A DNA stretch of 64,000 nucleotides from an uncultured archaeon (GTDB lineage Archaea > Asgardarchaeota > Heimdallarchaeia > Heimdallarchaeales > Kariarchaeaceae): positions 43,328 to 107,327 of the forward strand of contig CAZYCQ010000003.1 in NCBI GenBank assembly GCA_964645535.1, in the 5' to 3' direction. Positions 38,898 through 49,200 of this stretch are shown piece by piece. Both the position numbers and the translations under genes were made by a program. The notes beneath the pieces were generated by a model, which ran no database searches, was not told the DNA's origin, and was given only the letters and a program-made list of their open reading frames with translations. How positions within the stretch are numbered: position 1 is the first letter of the stretch; each line of letters starts with the position of its first letter.

Positions 38898-41800
38898 GTG
38901 CAACATCGATTATTCGTCATATTTTTGCTGGCATTGATTTTGGTATCACAACCAGCGGTTGCAAATCAGACATATTCTCAGCCAATTGGATTTTTTCTTT
39001 TAGAGGACGGGGAGGATTTCTTTTCAGTCCTCCCATTGGGAACCAAGAAGGATGACAGTGGAAATGTCCACGTATGGTTCAACTATATTGAACCTACACT
39101 CCATGAGGATCAAGAACGATTGGTTGTGCTATATTATGCGGTCATTTCAGAAACAGGGGAGGTGTTCATCAAAGAATTGGATCGTCATCCATTCAGTTTA
39201 AGCAAGGTAGCCTTCTTTGATTGGAATGAACTACGGATTCTTCCAAATGGAACGGTAATGGGAATATTTGTGGCACCAAGTGATTTTGGGGTTGACTTGA
39301 ACCTTGTAAGATGGAATGGAAACCTGTCCGTGATCACACTTGAGCAACAAAGTGAATTTGATTTTTCTGGGGACATCATAGGACCCATTGACAAGCCAGA
39401 TGAAAATTTTCTTTATTTGCTTGATGGAGAGTTTGGGGGGAGCAAGTCCATCATGAAATTGGAGTTCTCAAGAGAAGGAAATCTTCTAAATAAAACAGTG
39501 GTAGGTTTTCCAACTTTGTTGGACGACAGCAAGGAAATTACAGACATATTTGATGCCACTTATGCCAATGGAACATTTTTTTATAGTGTAGCATTGCGTG
39601 AGAATGGAGCTTTTGATTCATTGGGGGTAGTTTCACAGATAAATCAAACTACAGTCTCTTTGTTTGCAAAATCCATGGATTATAACGTGAAAGAGATTGC
39701 AAACATTCCTTTCTTAAGAAACCTGAGACAAGATATTTTGACACCCCGCCTTGTGGCAACAGAAAATGGAAAGCTTTATTCTTATCTCTTTGGATTTGAC
39801 AATTCGGTCAATTTTTTGGGAATTTGGACAAATGGAACTCTGAAAGATATTTTCACAAATTCTACAGAAAACCCATTCCAGCTATCTTTCTTCCCGCTTC
39901 TAAGTGCAATAGGCGATCATCTTGAAATCTATTTCTTAGGAATCCAATATGCACAAGATGCCATTTCATTTACTGTTGATCATTTTACATATTTTGAGAA
40001 CGGCACCTTAACTAAAGAGAAATTTCTTGATCCCAACTTATCAGGAGACATATTTCTTTTCATTCCAGATCCACAGGCACAAGATTTTACAGCCATTGCA
40101 TCCACTTTTAACACTCCTCGGACATCCAGGATAGATTATGGCATTCTCAATGAAACTGTTGGGGGACTGTATCTCCTTTCTTCAGAAAGCCTGCCCCCCA
40201 TAGAACCCATGTTTTTTAATCTTATTCTGGAAAACGAACAGACCACTGCTAAGGAATTTAATCCCTTGATTTATCTATATCCAGCTATAGGAAGTCTCAT
40301 GCTCCTTTTTGCCATTCTCACTTATGCAAATTGGAGAAAGAGAAGACTTGCTATTCCTCCTGAATTGCAGAAGCTTCTGGACACCAAACCTGAATTGATT
40401 TCGGAAGGTAAAGAGGTAGAAAAGTTTGTTCATAGGTTGAGATTGAATTTAATTTATCTTAGAAGCAATGCGAAAAGAATCATCAGAACAATTCTCATAA
40501 TGTTTATCCCAGCGCTCTTATTTTCGACCCTTATATTGGGAATTCTTACATATCAAGCAAATCTGCTAAGCACCTATCAAGCACAAAATCCCTTGAATGA
40601 TATTGAAGACTTAAGTCTCGAGTCCAATATGAAAACAGATTTTACATGGACCAATCTCTGGTTCAGCGATGAATTCCAAGAGTCAAATTTCAGTGAGGTG
40701 GATTTTGCAATTCCTGAACAACTGTCTTCTCAATCCCTTAAGTCATTTGGAATTGAGGATTTGGGATTTAGATTATCTTCAGTTGTGACCTTCCCGCTTT
40801 TTGAACCTGTGTTCCTTAATCTCACCTTTGGAGAGGAAAATATTCAGGTCAATCTTCCTTTTCCCAGAGAATTTGGTGTGGTGGATCAACGTTGGTTTCA
40901 ATACCTAACAGACCATTTGATTCGAGGGCGTCTTCCTCAACATCCAGGAGAGGTACTAGTACTTGATTCTTGGTATGTTGAACCGGTTGCCTTTCTTCCT
41001 GATGAGCCATCAGGTGTGATTTGGGATGTAGGTTCAACCATTGAAGTGGCAGCTTCGGAATTGGATGTATTTCTTAACAGCACCGTTCAGGGACTTAAAC
41101 AGAATGTAACTGTTGTGGGTGTACTTGAGAGAGTAGAAAGCCTGCCATTTTCGGAAGTGAAAGAGTGGACCGAAAAACTGAATACTACCACCAAAGGTCT
41201 CAGACTATTGGACAAAGTACCGTTTGTTACGTTTTCACACCTGATGGGGAAGTTTCTCAATGAATTTTCAAGATTAAGCCTGCGTCCGACAGCACATATA
41301 AACATGAGATATGAAGTTGAAAAGGTGAATCGTGATGCAATTCCAGAATTGGTTCAAAATCTGAAGGAAATGGGAAATGAAACCTTACGGTTTACTGGTT
41401 TTACTTGGACGGGAAATTATTCAAGCAAGAGAATTGTGGAATTTTTGGAAGGATACTATCTTGCGAGTCGGGACATTCAATTGGAAACAGTGGTATTGAT
41501 TGTTCCGATTTTAGCGCTTGCAGTCTTGGTCACTTATGATGCACTGGGCATGAACCGATTGTCGATTACAGAGGAAATCAGGAGGTTCAAACGAGAGGGC
41601 ATGAGAACTGAAAGAATTGTACTACTGCTTTTGGCTGAGCAGGCCATGACGACGTTAGCATCAATAATCCTATCTCTAGCAACAGTAAATTATGCAACTC
41701 AGGAAATGATTAGGTTTACAGGTTACTTTGAACATGGAGACGTTTTTGTTCCACAGGTAACTTGGGAGCAATTGCCTTGGATTGGAATAGGGACATTCTT

Positions 41801-43340
41801 GGGTCTATTCGTACTGGGGTCAATCAATTCATTGACGGTTCTTTTCCGCAGGGAAGAGGCTAAGTTCGAAACAATGTTGGCCGGCATTCAATGGGATATC
41901 TTGGCGGTAATTTTTGGCCTTTCCCTTGTATTGATCAGTGATTTCCTAACGGGCTTTGTCGCTTCATCCCTAGATGAGAAAAATGAATTAGCTTCCGATC
42001 TTCCATTTCTTACAGTTAAAACGATTTCAACCATTATTGCAACATTAGGAATTCTTTTAGTACTCTCAAAACTCCTTAACCGATTTTTCTCCATCATTGG
42101 CTTCGTGGGTTGGAAAACCGTCAAGAGAAAGGAAGGACTGATATTCAAGGGCTTTCATATGCATATCGGTCTTTATGGAAGATTACTCATTGTATTTCTG
42201 ATCAGTATTTTCCTTGTGGTACCAATGTTCACCATTCCGGTTTCACTGAACAATGAATACAAAGTTTCAGCCTACAATGAGTTTTCAACAGATATCAGTG
42301 TACTTGAGTGGCATGCCGTGCCAAATCTTACACGGAGAGAAGTCTTAGGTATTGATGGAATTAAAAGCCATTCAGAATATTTCATCGGAATTGTGCCTTT
42401 TGCCAATGACCTAAAGGCATTAGTACTTGCCATTAATACCTCCACGTTCCTTTCAAGCATTTATGTTCCGAACAAATATCTTCCGGATTATGGGATCAAT
42501 CTTTCAGTAGTAGAAGATTTGAAAGAAGGTGAATGGTTGGGAAACAAGGCATTTTTGGAAAGAAATGCCTTTGACCCAGGAGATCGTCCGCTTTTCAGAT
42601 TTGAACATACATCAAAATCATACCCAATGAAGGTAAAGGCAGGATTCGACCAATTCCCCATACTTAAGCGTGAAGCAGTACGGCTTAATGATCCAATTGC
42701 CTATCCGCTTCAGATGGTAATTTCCTTGGAAACCCTCAAGGAGATACAGGACATATATTTGTTCCAAAAAACGGAAACATCTTCAGAAACTGCCAGAAGG
42801 CTTGAGGAGAGAAATCTACTGATCAGAAGCAAGAGGATTGACCAAGTGCCTGAAATGGTGGAAGAAATTAAATCGCTTACCGGAAGACGAATTGAGCATA
42901 TCAACACCTTCATTAATAAACAACGCCATCCGTTTTTCAGGGCATTTGAATTTCTCACCCACTTGAGTTTAATAACGGCAGCCCTATCTCCATTACTCGC
43001 CACCTTTGTGCTAGCTAAGCTTCTTTTTGAAAGAAGAAAAGACGAATGGGAGGTGTACTATAGAATTGGAATTTCCAAAGGGTTTTTCATTTTCCAAGTG
43101 ACCCTTGAATTGATTCTTTCAACGCTTTTACCGAGTTTGCTAGGTATTATAGTTGGAAGAATTTGGACTGAGAACAATGGATCACAACTTTTTGGCCTTG
43201 AAGGAAGAAAAATTGAACGGATGGAAATGACAGATTGGATATATGCTTGGGTAGGTATTCAGATCATTCTCTCCCTTTTCATTTGGATACAACAAATGAA
43301 TAGCATGCTCAAACGGCATATCAAGGAGGTTAGGCTGTGA
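38898..43340 (+). CDS. Giant (1480 aa) ABC-transporter permease with two FtsX/MacB-type 4-TM modules and large extracytoplasmic domains
   Basis: N-terminal signal peptide and a ~450-aa sequon-rich domain. FtsX-like blocks VLIVPILALAVLVTYDALGMNRLSITEEIRRFKREGMRTERIV (~41500-41630) and LITAALSPLLATFVLAKLLFERRKDEWEVYYRIGISKGF (~42960-43090). GTG start, with the stop overlapping the GTG start of the ATPase gene. Confidence 0.8.
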   Translation: MQHRLFVIFLLALILVSQPAVANQTYSQPIGFFLLEDGEDFFSVLPLGTKKDDSGNVHVWFNYIEPTLHEDQERLVVLYYAVISETGEVFIKELDRHPFSLSKVAFFDWNELRILPNGTVMGIFVAPSDFGVDLNLVRWNGNLSVITLEQQSEFDFSGDIIGPIDKPDENFLYLLDGEFGGSKSIMKLEFSREGNLLNKTVVGFPTLLDDSKEITDIFDATYANGTFFYSVALRENGAFDSLGVVSQINQTTVSLFAKSMDYNVKEIANIPFLRNLRQDILTPRLVATENGKLYSYLFGFDNSVNFLGIWTNGTLKDIFTNSTENPFQLSFFPLLSAIGDHLEIYFLGIQYAQDAISFTVDHFTYFENGTLTKEKFLDPNLSGDIFLFIPDPQAQDFTAIASTFNTPRTSRIDYGILNETVGGLYLLSSESLPPIEPMFFNLILENEQTTAKEFNPLIYLYPAIGSLMLLFAILTYANWRKRRLAIPPELQKLLDTKPELISEGKEVEKFVHRLRLNLIYLRSNAKRIIRTILIMFIPALLFSTLILGILTYQANLLSTYQAQNPLNDIEDLSLESNMKTDFTWTNLWFSDEFQESNFSEVDFAIPEQLSSQSLKSFGIEDLGFRLSSVVTFPLFEPVFLNLTFGEENIQVNLPFPREFGVVDQRWFQYLTDHLIRGRLPQHPGEVLVLDSWYVEPVAFLPDEPSGVIWDVGSTIEVAASELDVFLNSTVQGLKQNVTVVGVLERVESLPFSEVKEWTEKLNTTTKGLRLLDKVPFVTFSHLMGKFLNEFSRLSLRPTAHINMRYEVEKVNRDAIPELVQNLKEMGNETLRFTGFTWTGNYSSKRIVEFLEGYYLASRDIQLETVVLIVPILALAVLVTYDALGMNRLSITEEIRRFKREGMRTERIVLLLLAEQAMTTLASIILSLATVNYATQEMIRFTGYFEHGDVFVPQVTWEQLPWIGIGTFLGLFVLGSINSLTVLFRREEAKFETMLAGIQWDILAVIFGLSLVLISDFLTGFVASSLDEKNELASDLPFLTVKTISTIIATLGILLVLSKLLNRFFSIIGFVGWKTVKRKEGLIFKGFHMHIGLYGRLLIVFLISIFLVVPMFTIPVSLNNEYKVSAYNEFSTDISVLEWHAVPNLTRREVLGIDGIKSHSEYFIGIVPFANDLKALVLAINTSTFLSSIYVPNKYLPDYGINLSVVEDLKEGEWLGNKAFLERNAFDPGDRPLFRFEHTSKSYPMKVKAGFDQFPILKREAVRLNDPIAYPLQMVISLETLKEIQDIYLFQKTETSSETARRLEERNLLIRSKRIDQVPEMVEEIKSLTGRRIEHINTFINKQRHPFFRAFEFLTHLSLITAALSPLLATFVLAKLLFERRKDEWEVYYRIGISKGFFIFQVTLELILSTLLPSLLGIIVGRIWTENNGSQLFGLEGRKIERMEMTDWIYAWVGIQIILSLFIWIQQMNSMLKRHIKEVRL

Positions 43341-45016
43341 ATTGGGCGGTCGAAGTTGAAAATGTGGTCAAAATCTATCGGCATAAGTTTGATGGAACAA
43401 AAATTTCTGCCCTTCAAGGTTGCGATCTGCTGGTGAGAAAAGGAGAAGTCCTAGCCGTTATTGGACCCTCTGGAGCAGGGAAGTCCACATTGCTGCGATT
43501 GATTGCAGGAATAGAACAGCCCTCTAGTGGAAGAATCTCAATTGGTGGAATCTCAATCCAAGATTGGGATGAAACCAGAAGGAGGGAATTTCGGAGAAAA
43601 TTCATCGGTACATTTTCACAGCATGCCAGAGATAATCTAGATCCGGATATGAAAGTTTCCGAGGCAATTGAATGGGAACTAATAAATGCAGATTGGAAAC
43701 GGGATGAAATTGCACCTCGAATTGCAAGGGTTCTTGAAAGATTGAATATTGCCGGATTGAGAAACTCGCTTTGCAGAAACCTATCCGCTGGAGAGGCCAT
43801 GCGAGTTTCACTTGCAAAGGCCATTGCAAAAAAACCCTTTGTGGTTCTAGCGGATGAACCTTCCGGTCAACTTGACACTGAGAATATGAACCTACTCTTC
43901 AAGCTGATGAAAGAAGCCGCTAAGGAAGGAACGGCAATTGTCGTTGCCACACATGACACAAGGTTCCAAGCCCTTGCTGACAGATCTGTCATGATCCTCG
44001 AGGGAAAACTCGCTTCTGAAGAAGAAGGCATTGATTTGCTGCAACAGCATTTGGATCTTGACAAATTGCGAGAGCAAGGAGAATTGACAAGAACTGTAAT
44101 TGTCGATTCAACCAAACATATTCGTCTTCCATCTCCAGTAATCTATACCTTGGAACTAAATCGAAAAGCAAAAATTGTAATTGATTTCAGAACCGGAAAT
44201 GTTCGTCTTGAAAAACATCCTGAAGATGACCAATTCATTGTGGATGCAGAAACAAAGGAACCAGAGCTGAAATTTTCAAGGGAAAATGTACAGAAGAGGC
44301 CGTTCATTACATTTGAAAAAGTCAACAAAAGCTACGATGGAAAAACCAAAATTGATGTGATCAAGAATCTTGATTTGGAAATTCTTGAAGGAGAATTTGT
44401 AGTACTTTTAGGACCTTCAGGGGTAGGCAAGACTACCCTAATTGGCATGATTTCAGGACTTGAAAAACCTACAAGTGGAACTCTTTCTGTCAAAGGGACT
44501 CAACTTGAAAAAATGTCTGTAGGAGAGCTTTCCGCGTTTAGGAAGAAAAATATTTCATTGCTTACACAGAATTACATCCTTCACCCATATCTGACTGTTG
44601 AGGAGAACATTGCCTTGAGTTACAGAATGATGGATCAGGAGGTAGATAGGAAGAGCATAATGGCAGTCCTCAATAAATTGGAAATGACCCGGTATGCCAA
44701 TGTGTATCCCGGAGAGCTTTCCGGTGGACAAAGACAAAGAGTTGCATTCACATCCGCCTTTCTCAAGCCAAATTACGATCTTATTCTCCTTGATGAACCA
44801 ACTGCCAATCTTGATTCAATTCTTGCACGAAAAATCATGAATCTGCTTACAGAGCTGGCAGAGACAGGAAAGACAGTTCTTCTTGCAACCCATGATCTGA
44901 CAATGGTTCGACCGGGTTATAGGGTGTTGAGGATCAAGGAGCAAAGAATCTTCGAAGATGTCATTGCAACGGAAGAATATTGCAACAACCTAAAGAAGGA
45001 ATATTTTCATCAATAA
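43337..45016 (+). CDS. ABC transporter ATP-binding protein with two tandem nucleotide-binding domains
   Basis: NBD1 has GPSGAGKST, a degenerate signature LSAGEAMRV, and VVLADEPSGQLD. NBD2 has GPSGVGKTT, LSGGQRQRV and LILLDEPTANLD. An AGGAGGT SD lies ~7 nt upstream of the GTG start. Confidence 0.9.
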   Translation: MNWAVEVENVVKIYRHKFDGTKISALQGCDLLVRKGEVLAVIGPSGAGKSTLLRLIAGIEQPSSGRISIGGISIQDWDETRRREFRRKFIGTFSQHARDNLDPDMKVSEAIEWELINADWKRDEIAPRIARVLERLNIAGLRNSLCRNLSAGEAMRVSLAKAIAKKPFVVLADEPSGQLDTENMNLLFKLMKEAAKEGTAIVVATHDTRFQALADRSVMILEGKLASEEEGIDLLQQHLDLDKLREQGELTRTVIVDSTKHIRLPSPVIYTLELNRKAKIVIDFRTGNVRLEKHPEDDQFIVDAETKEPELKFSRENVQKRPFITFEKVNKSYDGKTKIDVIKNLDLEILEGEFVVLLGPSGVGKTTLIGMISGLEKPTSGTLSVKGTQLEKMSVGELSAFRKKNISLLTQNYILHPYLTVEENIALSYRMMDQEVDRKSIMAVLNKLEMTRYANVYPGELSGGQRQRVAFTSAFLKPNYDLILLDEPTANLDSILARKIMNLLTELAETGKTVLLATHDLTMVRPGYRVLRIKEQRIFEDVIATEEYCNNLKKEYFHQ

Positions 45017-45018
45017 CG

Positions 45019-45966
45019 TCAACTTGCAAGGGTTATATCCGAATTTGCGTGCCGTGAAAGAATATGACTATATTTTTCTTTTATTTTTGCTGCTTCAACC
45101 CTTTCCATTGCCAATTCCACATATTTCTGTTCCAGCTCGGTTCCCAAAAAGGTTCGTTTGGTATGGAGAGCTGCAATCGCCGTCGTTCCACTTCCCATAA
45201 AAGGATCAAACACCACATCTTCCTTGAAGGAATAGAGTTGAATCAATCGGTAGGGAAGCTCAATCGGAAAAGGAGCAGGATGACCGATACGTTTGGCCGA
45301 GGTTGTCGGAAAGTTCCAGATGGATTTGGTGAATTCCATGAATTCTTCCCTTGAAATTGTTGATGTTTTGTCTTTTTTGGCCCGTTTCATGGTGCCTTTT
45401 GAGAAAACCAAGATATATTCATGAACGTCACGAAGAGTGGGATTGGAAGGACTCTTCCAAGACCCCCAAGCAGTGCTGGAACCTGCACTTGCCCCCTTGT
45501 CCCAAATGATCTCACCTCGTTGTAGATAACCAATGTCAGAAAGGATTTGAGAAACATAATCCGAGATGGGAATATATGGTTTCCTTCCCACATTTGCAAT
45601 ATTGATGGCAACTCTTCCTCCATCAACCAATTTGGGATAGATCTCTTCAAACACATCTCGAATAAGCTCTAGGTATTCAGTGAGTGAAAGATCCATGTCG
45701 TAATCTTTTTTGGCGTTGTAAGGGGGAGAAGTCACCACAAGATGGAGGCAATTGTCAGGAATAAAGGAAAGATCACGGGCATCTGCCTGGACAATGGTAT
45801 TTTTGAGATGGGAAGGCAATTCATTCTCTTCACCTTTGGGGCTATAGTTAGGTGCTTGACGGATTTCCCGGTACATGGCAGATTCGTAAAAAATTGAGGA
45901 ATCGTGATTTTCGCGTTTTGAAGCACCAAAAGAACTAGTTTTCGTCCGTTTTTTCATGACTTTCAC
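45019..45966 (-). CDS. Beta-class N4-cytosine/N6-adenine DNA methyltransferase (N6_N4_Mtase family), SPPY catalytic motif
   Basis: Motif IV VVTSPPY (SPPY = 45718-45729) precedes the AdoMet motif I FDPFMGSGTT, which is the beta-class order. GHPAPFPIELP block present. The ORF-track start is GTG at 45966; the ATG at 45957 (MKKRTK...) is more likely. Confidence 0.85.
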   Translation of the reverse strand: MKVMKKRTKTSSFGASKRENHDSSIFYESAMYREIRQAPNYSPKGEENELPSHLKNTIVQADARDLSFIPDNCLHLVVTSPPYNAKKDYDMDLSLTEYLELIRDVFEEIYPKLVDGGRVAINIANVGRKPYIPISDYVSQILSDIGYLQRGEIIWDKGASAGSSTAWGSWKSPSNPTLRDVHEYILVFSKGTMKRAKKDKTSTISREEFMEFTKSIWNFPTTSAKRIGHPAPFPIELPYRLIQLYSFKEDVVFDPFMGSGTTAIAALHTKRTFLGTELEQKYVELAMERVEAAKIKEKYSHILSRHANSDITLAS

Positions 45967-46008
45967 TCACAATGTATATCGTTCGGTAAGGCAACAAACT
46001 CCTTTGAT

Positions 46009-46016
46009 TATATAAA
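46009..46016 (-). promoter_or_regulatory. TATA-like box (minus strand TTTATATA) for the small SPPY methyltransferase
   Basis: Lies 45-55 nt upstream of the candidate starts (45966/45957), inside the 325-bp spacer. This suggests transcription independent of the upstream operon. Confidence 0.35.
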
Positions 46017-46291
46017 TTTCGCGAAAATTAATTGGTTGTTGATTAACCGCGACATTTATATTATCAACGATACTGTTGAGTAAAGACTCCATCCCTGATG
46101 ATTTTAGATTATTAGAACATGACATAAATCTTTATGGTTGCAAGTTTTGTGATGTGAAAGCAATTTTTTCATCAGATATGGCGCGAAAATAGAATAGAAG
46201 TACAAGATCACCTTAGCACTCATCATTCTTCAAACTCAGACCGCGCCATTTACAACCTTACCTGACGTCCATCAATAGGGAGGACAATGGG

Positions 46292-49200
46292 TTACCCTCG
46301 TTTTCGCATCTCCTCGATCTTTTCTGCAATTTGTTCAATTATAATTTCTATGAACTCCTTATCCTCTAAGTCAGAATTATACACCCTGAATACATCCCAA
46401 CCATTCTTCTTTAACAATATGTCAATAATTCGATCTTTTTTGTTTGAAGGTGTATGAAATGTGTTCCCGTCGATATAGATCGCGATTTTCTCCTCTTTAA
46501 AAGTAAAATCTGGGATGGTATATGGCATGTTTATATCACCAAGATCCACCTTTTCCTGTGTGGTATATCCAAAGAGCCTGTGTAACTTCAAATAATTCTC
46601 AAAAATCATTTCAGGCGGGGTTGACGATTTAGAAATCAAAGAAGGCTTGTAATTTTCAGGAATTACATGCTGAAATTTAGGTCTTAATTTAAGAGAGTTC
46701 AAAAGATCTATGGCCAAATGTCTATTCAATAAGTCGTGTATAGGTTGGTTCCAATATGTTTTCATACATGCATAGCAGGATGTTTCACACGCGTTTCCAC
46801 AATCCATTAGTTTTTCGATTGCAGAATCTATAACATTTATCCACTTCTCAATCAACTGTTCGAGAATTCCGGAGCCCCCCTTCATAGGATCGAACAAAAT
46901 CCCATTGAGTTGTTCCTCTGGAGTTGAAAATACGAAATAGTCAAAGTCCTCACGATTACTCTCTAAACTGTTTGAAATGCCTATCAAAATCCCTTCAAAA
47001 ATATTTACGTACTCGTCTTTGGTATCAAATCCCTTCAACAAAATACATTCAAATTCTGATTCATAATAAATCCCAAACCTAAATGAACGACTTCCACATT
47101 TTTCGAGGTGGAACTTCTGGAACTTTTCCAAATGCTGCTCTTTTGTGAAGACCGACCTAACCGCCCCACAATTTGGGCAAATCGGGTATTGAAGTAGGGT
47201 TGAGTCTTTCTCAACTCCGGAATTCAATAACAGAATACTCTGATCGGAAATATGTTCCAATATTTTATCTCCAATTTCATATCTTTTCCCTTCACCATTG
47301 AACTGTTGAGGTTTACCGTTCAGCTTAATAGGAAGAACTCGCCTAAATTCCTCGGCATCTGAATCGACCCTTCCCACATATCTTAAGATAACGTTACTTA
47401 GAGGAATTGCACCAATTGAATATGAATTTTCCTCAGGATTTGAATAGCCAACCCAATCCTCATTTGATTCAATCACCATTTCACCTAAAATTGTGAAGTG
47501 GCGGATATCAATTCCCACTTCACCAATTTTTGAAAGCTCTATCAGGCTTGTACTGAATTTCGCACCTAATACATAAAGGGCATATCCTGGAGAGAATTCC
47601 CTAAGAGCAATCGGAGCGATTCTTGAAAAGGCAAACTCAGGAACAATTGATCTGCTGGGGGGTGGACTTTGAGCGATTACACCTTCTGTATTTGCGGAAT
47701 ATGCAGGCAATAATCCTTGATTTTGATAGAAGTTATATGTATAGTTGTCAAAATTCTTACTCAACATCTTTGTATAAATACGCCTATAAATTTCAAGGAG
47801 GTTTTTTTCCTCCCTATCCAAATCTCTTCGAAGGTTCGAAAGATCTCTGTAATTTTTTTCGGCCCATATGAATCGGGACTGTAGATTTTTGATTACTCCA
47901 AGGAGGGATTCAGGGAATTCTTTAAGTACGGACTTGTGAAATTTTGGATCTGCAACACCTTTGGCCTCCCTAGGCCAGCGGATGCTGAAAATCTTCCGAA
48001 TTTCCTCAACAATTGAACTTTCATTTGCACTTATGAAATCTCTAAGTTCTTTGATTATGGTTTCATTCGAAGGCACTGTTATGTAACTCCCATTTTCACC
48101 AACCAGAAATGATTTCACGAAAGGAGGGAGGATTTTGTTGTAAATGTCCATCCTGTTGTTTCGAATTACTTGTGCAAGAACGGTCGCATGAATATGCTTC
48201 CTTACCATCGTCCGATTTTTGAGATTAAAAACCGGAGTCAATGTTTTTCCGTTCAACATCCGTGACGGATTGTTGAAAAAGTAATCGTCATGTGCGTTGT
48301 TAGTACAGTAATTGAAAATTACGCCAATCCCTTCTCTTCTGCCCACTCTTCCCGCTCGCTGCCAATAATTCGATGGTGTCGGTGGAACATTTCTCATCAA
48401 AACAACGTCCAAACCTCCAATATCCACACCTAGTTCCATTGTTGGACTCGCTACCAATACGTTCGTTGATCCTTTCGGTTTCTTGAATTCTTCCTCGAAT
48501 TGACGGCGAAGTTCTCCGGGAACTTGCGCAGTATGTTCTTTCGGAAGCAAAAGCACAAAATCCGAATCTAAAGTTGAAAGATTGTAATCATCATCTGGCA
48601 GGGGAATTTTCACCAATCGCCCTTCACAACGCCATCCTATGCAAACGGGGCTGGGGTTGGGATGAAGCAGACCACAAATTTGGCATTGATACATCCTTCT
48701 TTGGGATTTGGGAACAACCTTAATCCCGACTTTTTTACCATTCAACTGATAACCTGTTGCCCAAGTTTCGGCTCCCCGTTTAATTTTTACTTCCACTGGA
48801 ACTAGGAGGTTTGTTTTTTCTGTTAGGAATTGCCAGATGTCTTTGAAAAACGATTCCAACGATTTTATATTGATTCCAGATTTACGGACAAGACTAGTAT
48901 AACTTGTTTCATGAGTCCTTGAGTAAAAATTCTTAATTCGTTTCTTGCCACCATCTCCTTTTTCAAATTGAAGGAGAAACGGTGAATGTTCAACGACATA
49001 ATACGGTAGGTATCCAGATAAAACCTCTTGGTCACCTTCCTTCCAGAAACGTGAAAAAATATTATGCGTTTTGCCATACGAAAAGACTCTGTTCTTTCGC
49101 GTTAAATGAAGCATATTTCGAATAATTTCGGTAAGAGTCTCTTCATCGATTGAATAAATCCGAGAAAGTTCTTTAATATGTTCATTTTCTGGATTGAGAT

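Noticed and set aside
43414-44328. Several minus-strand ORFs (60-136 aa) inside the ABC ATPase gene
   Set aside because: They are antisense to a gene with two complete Walker A/signature/Walker B sets, and they have no recognisable domains.
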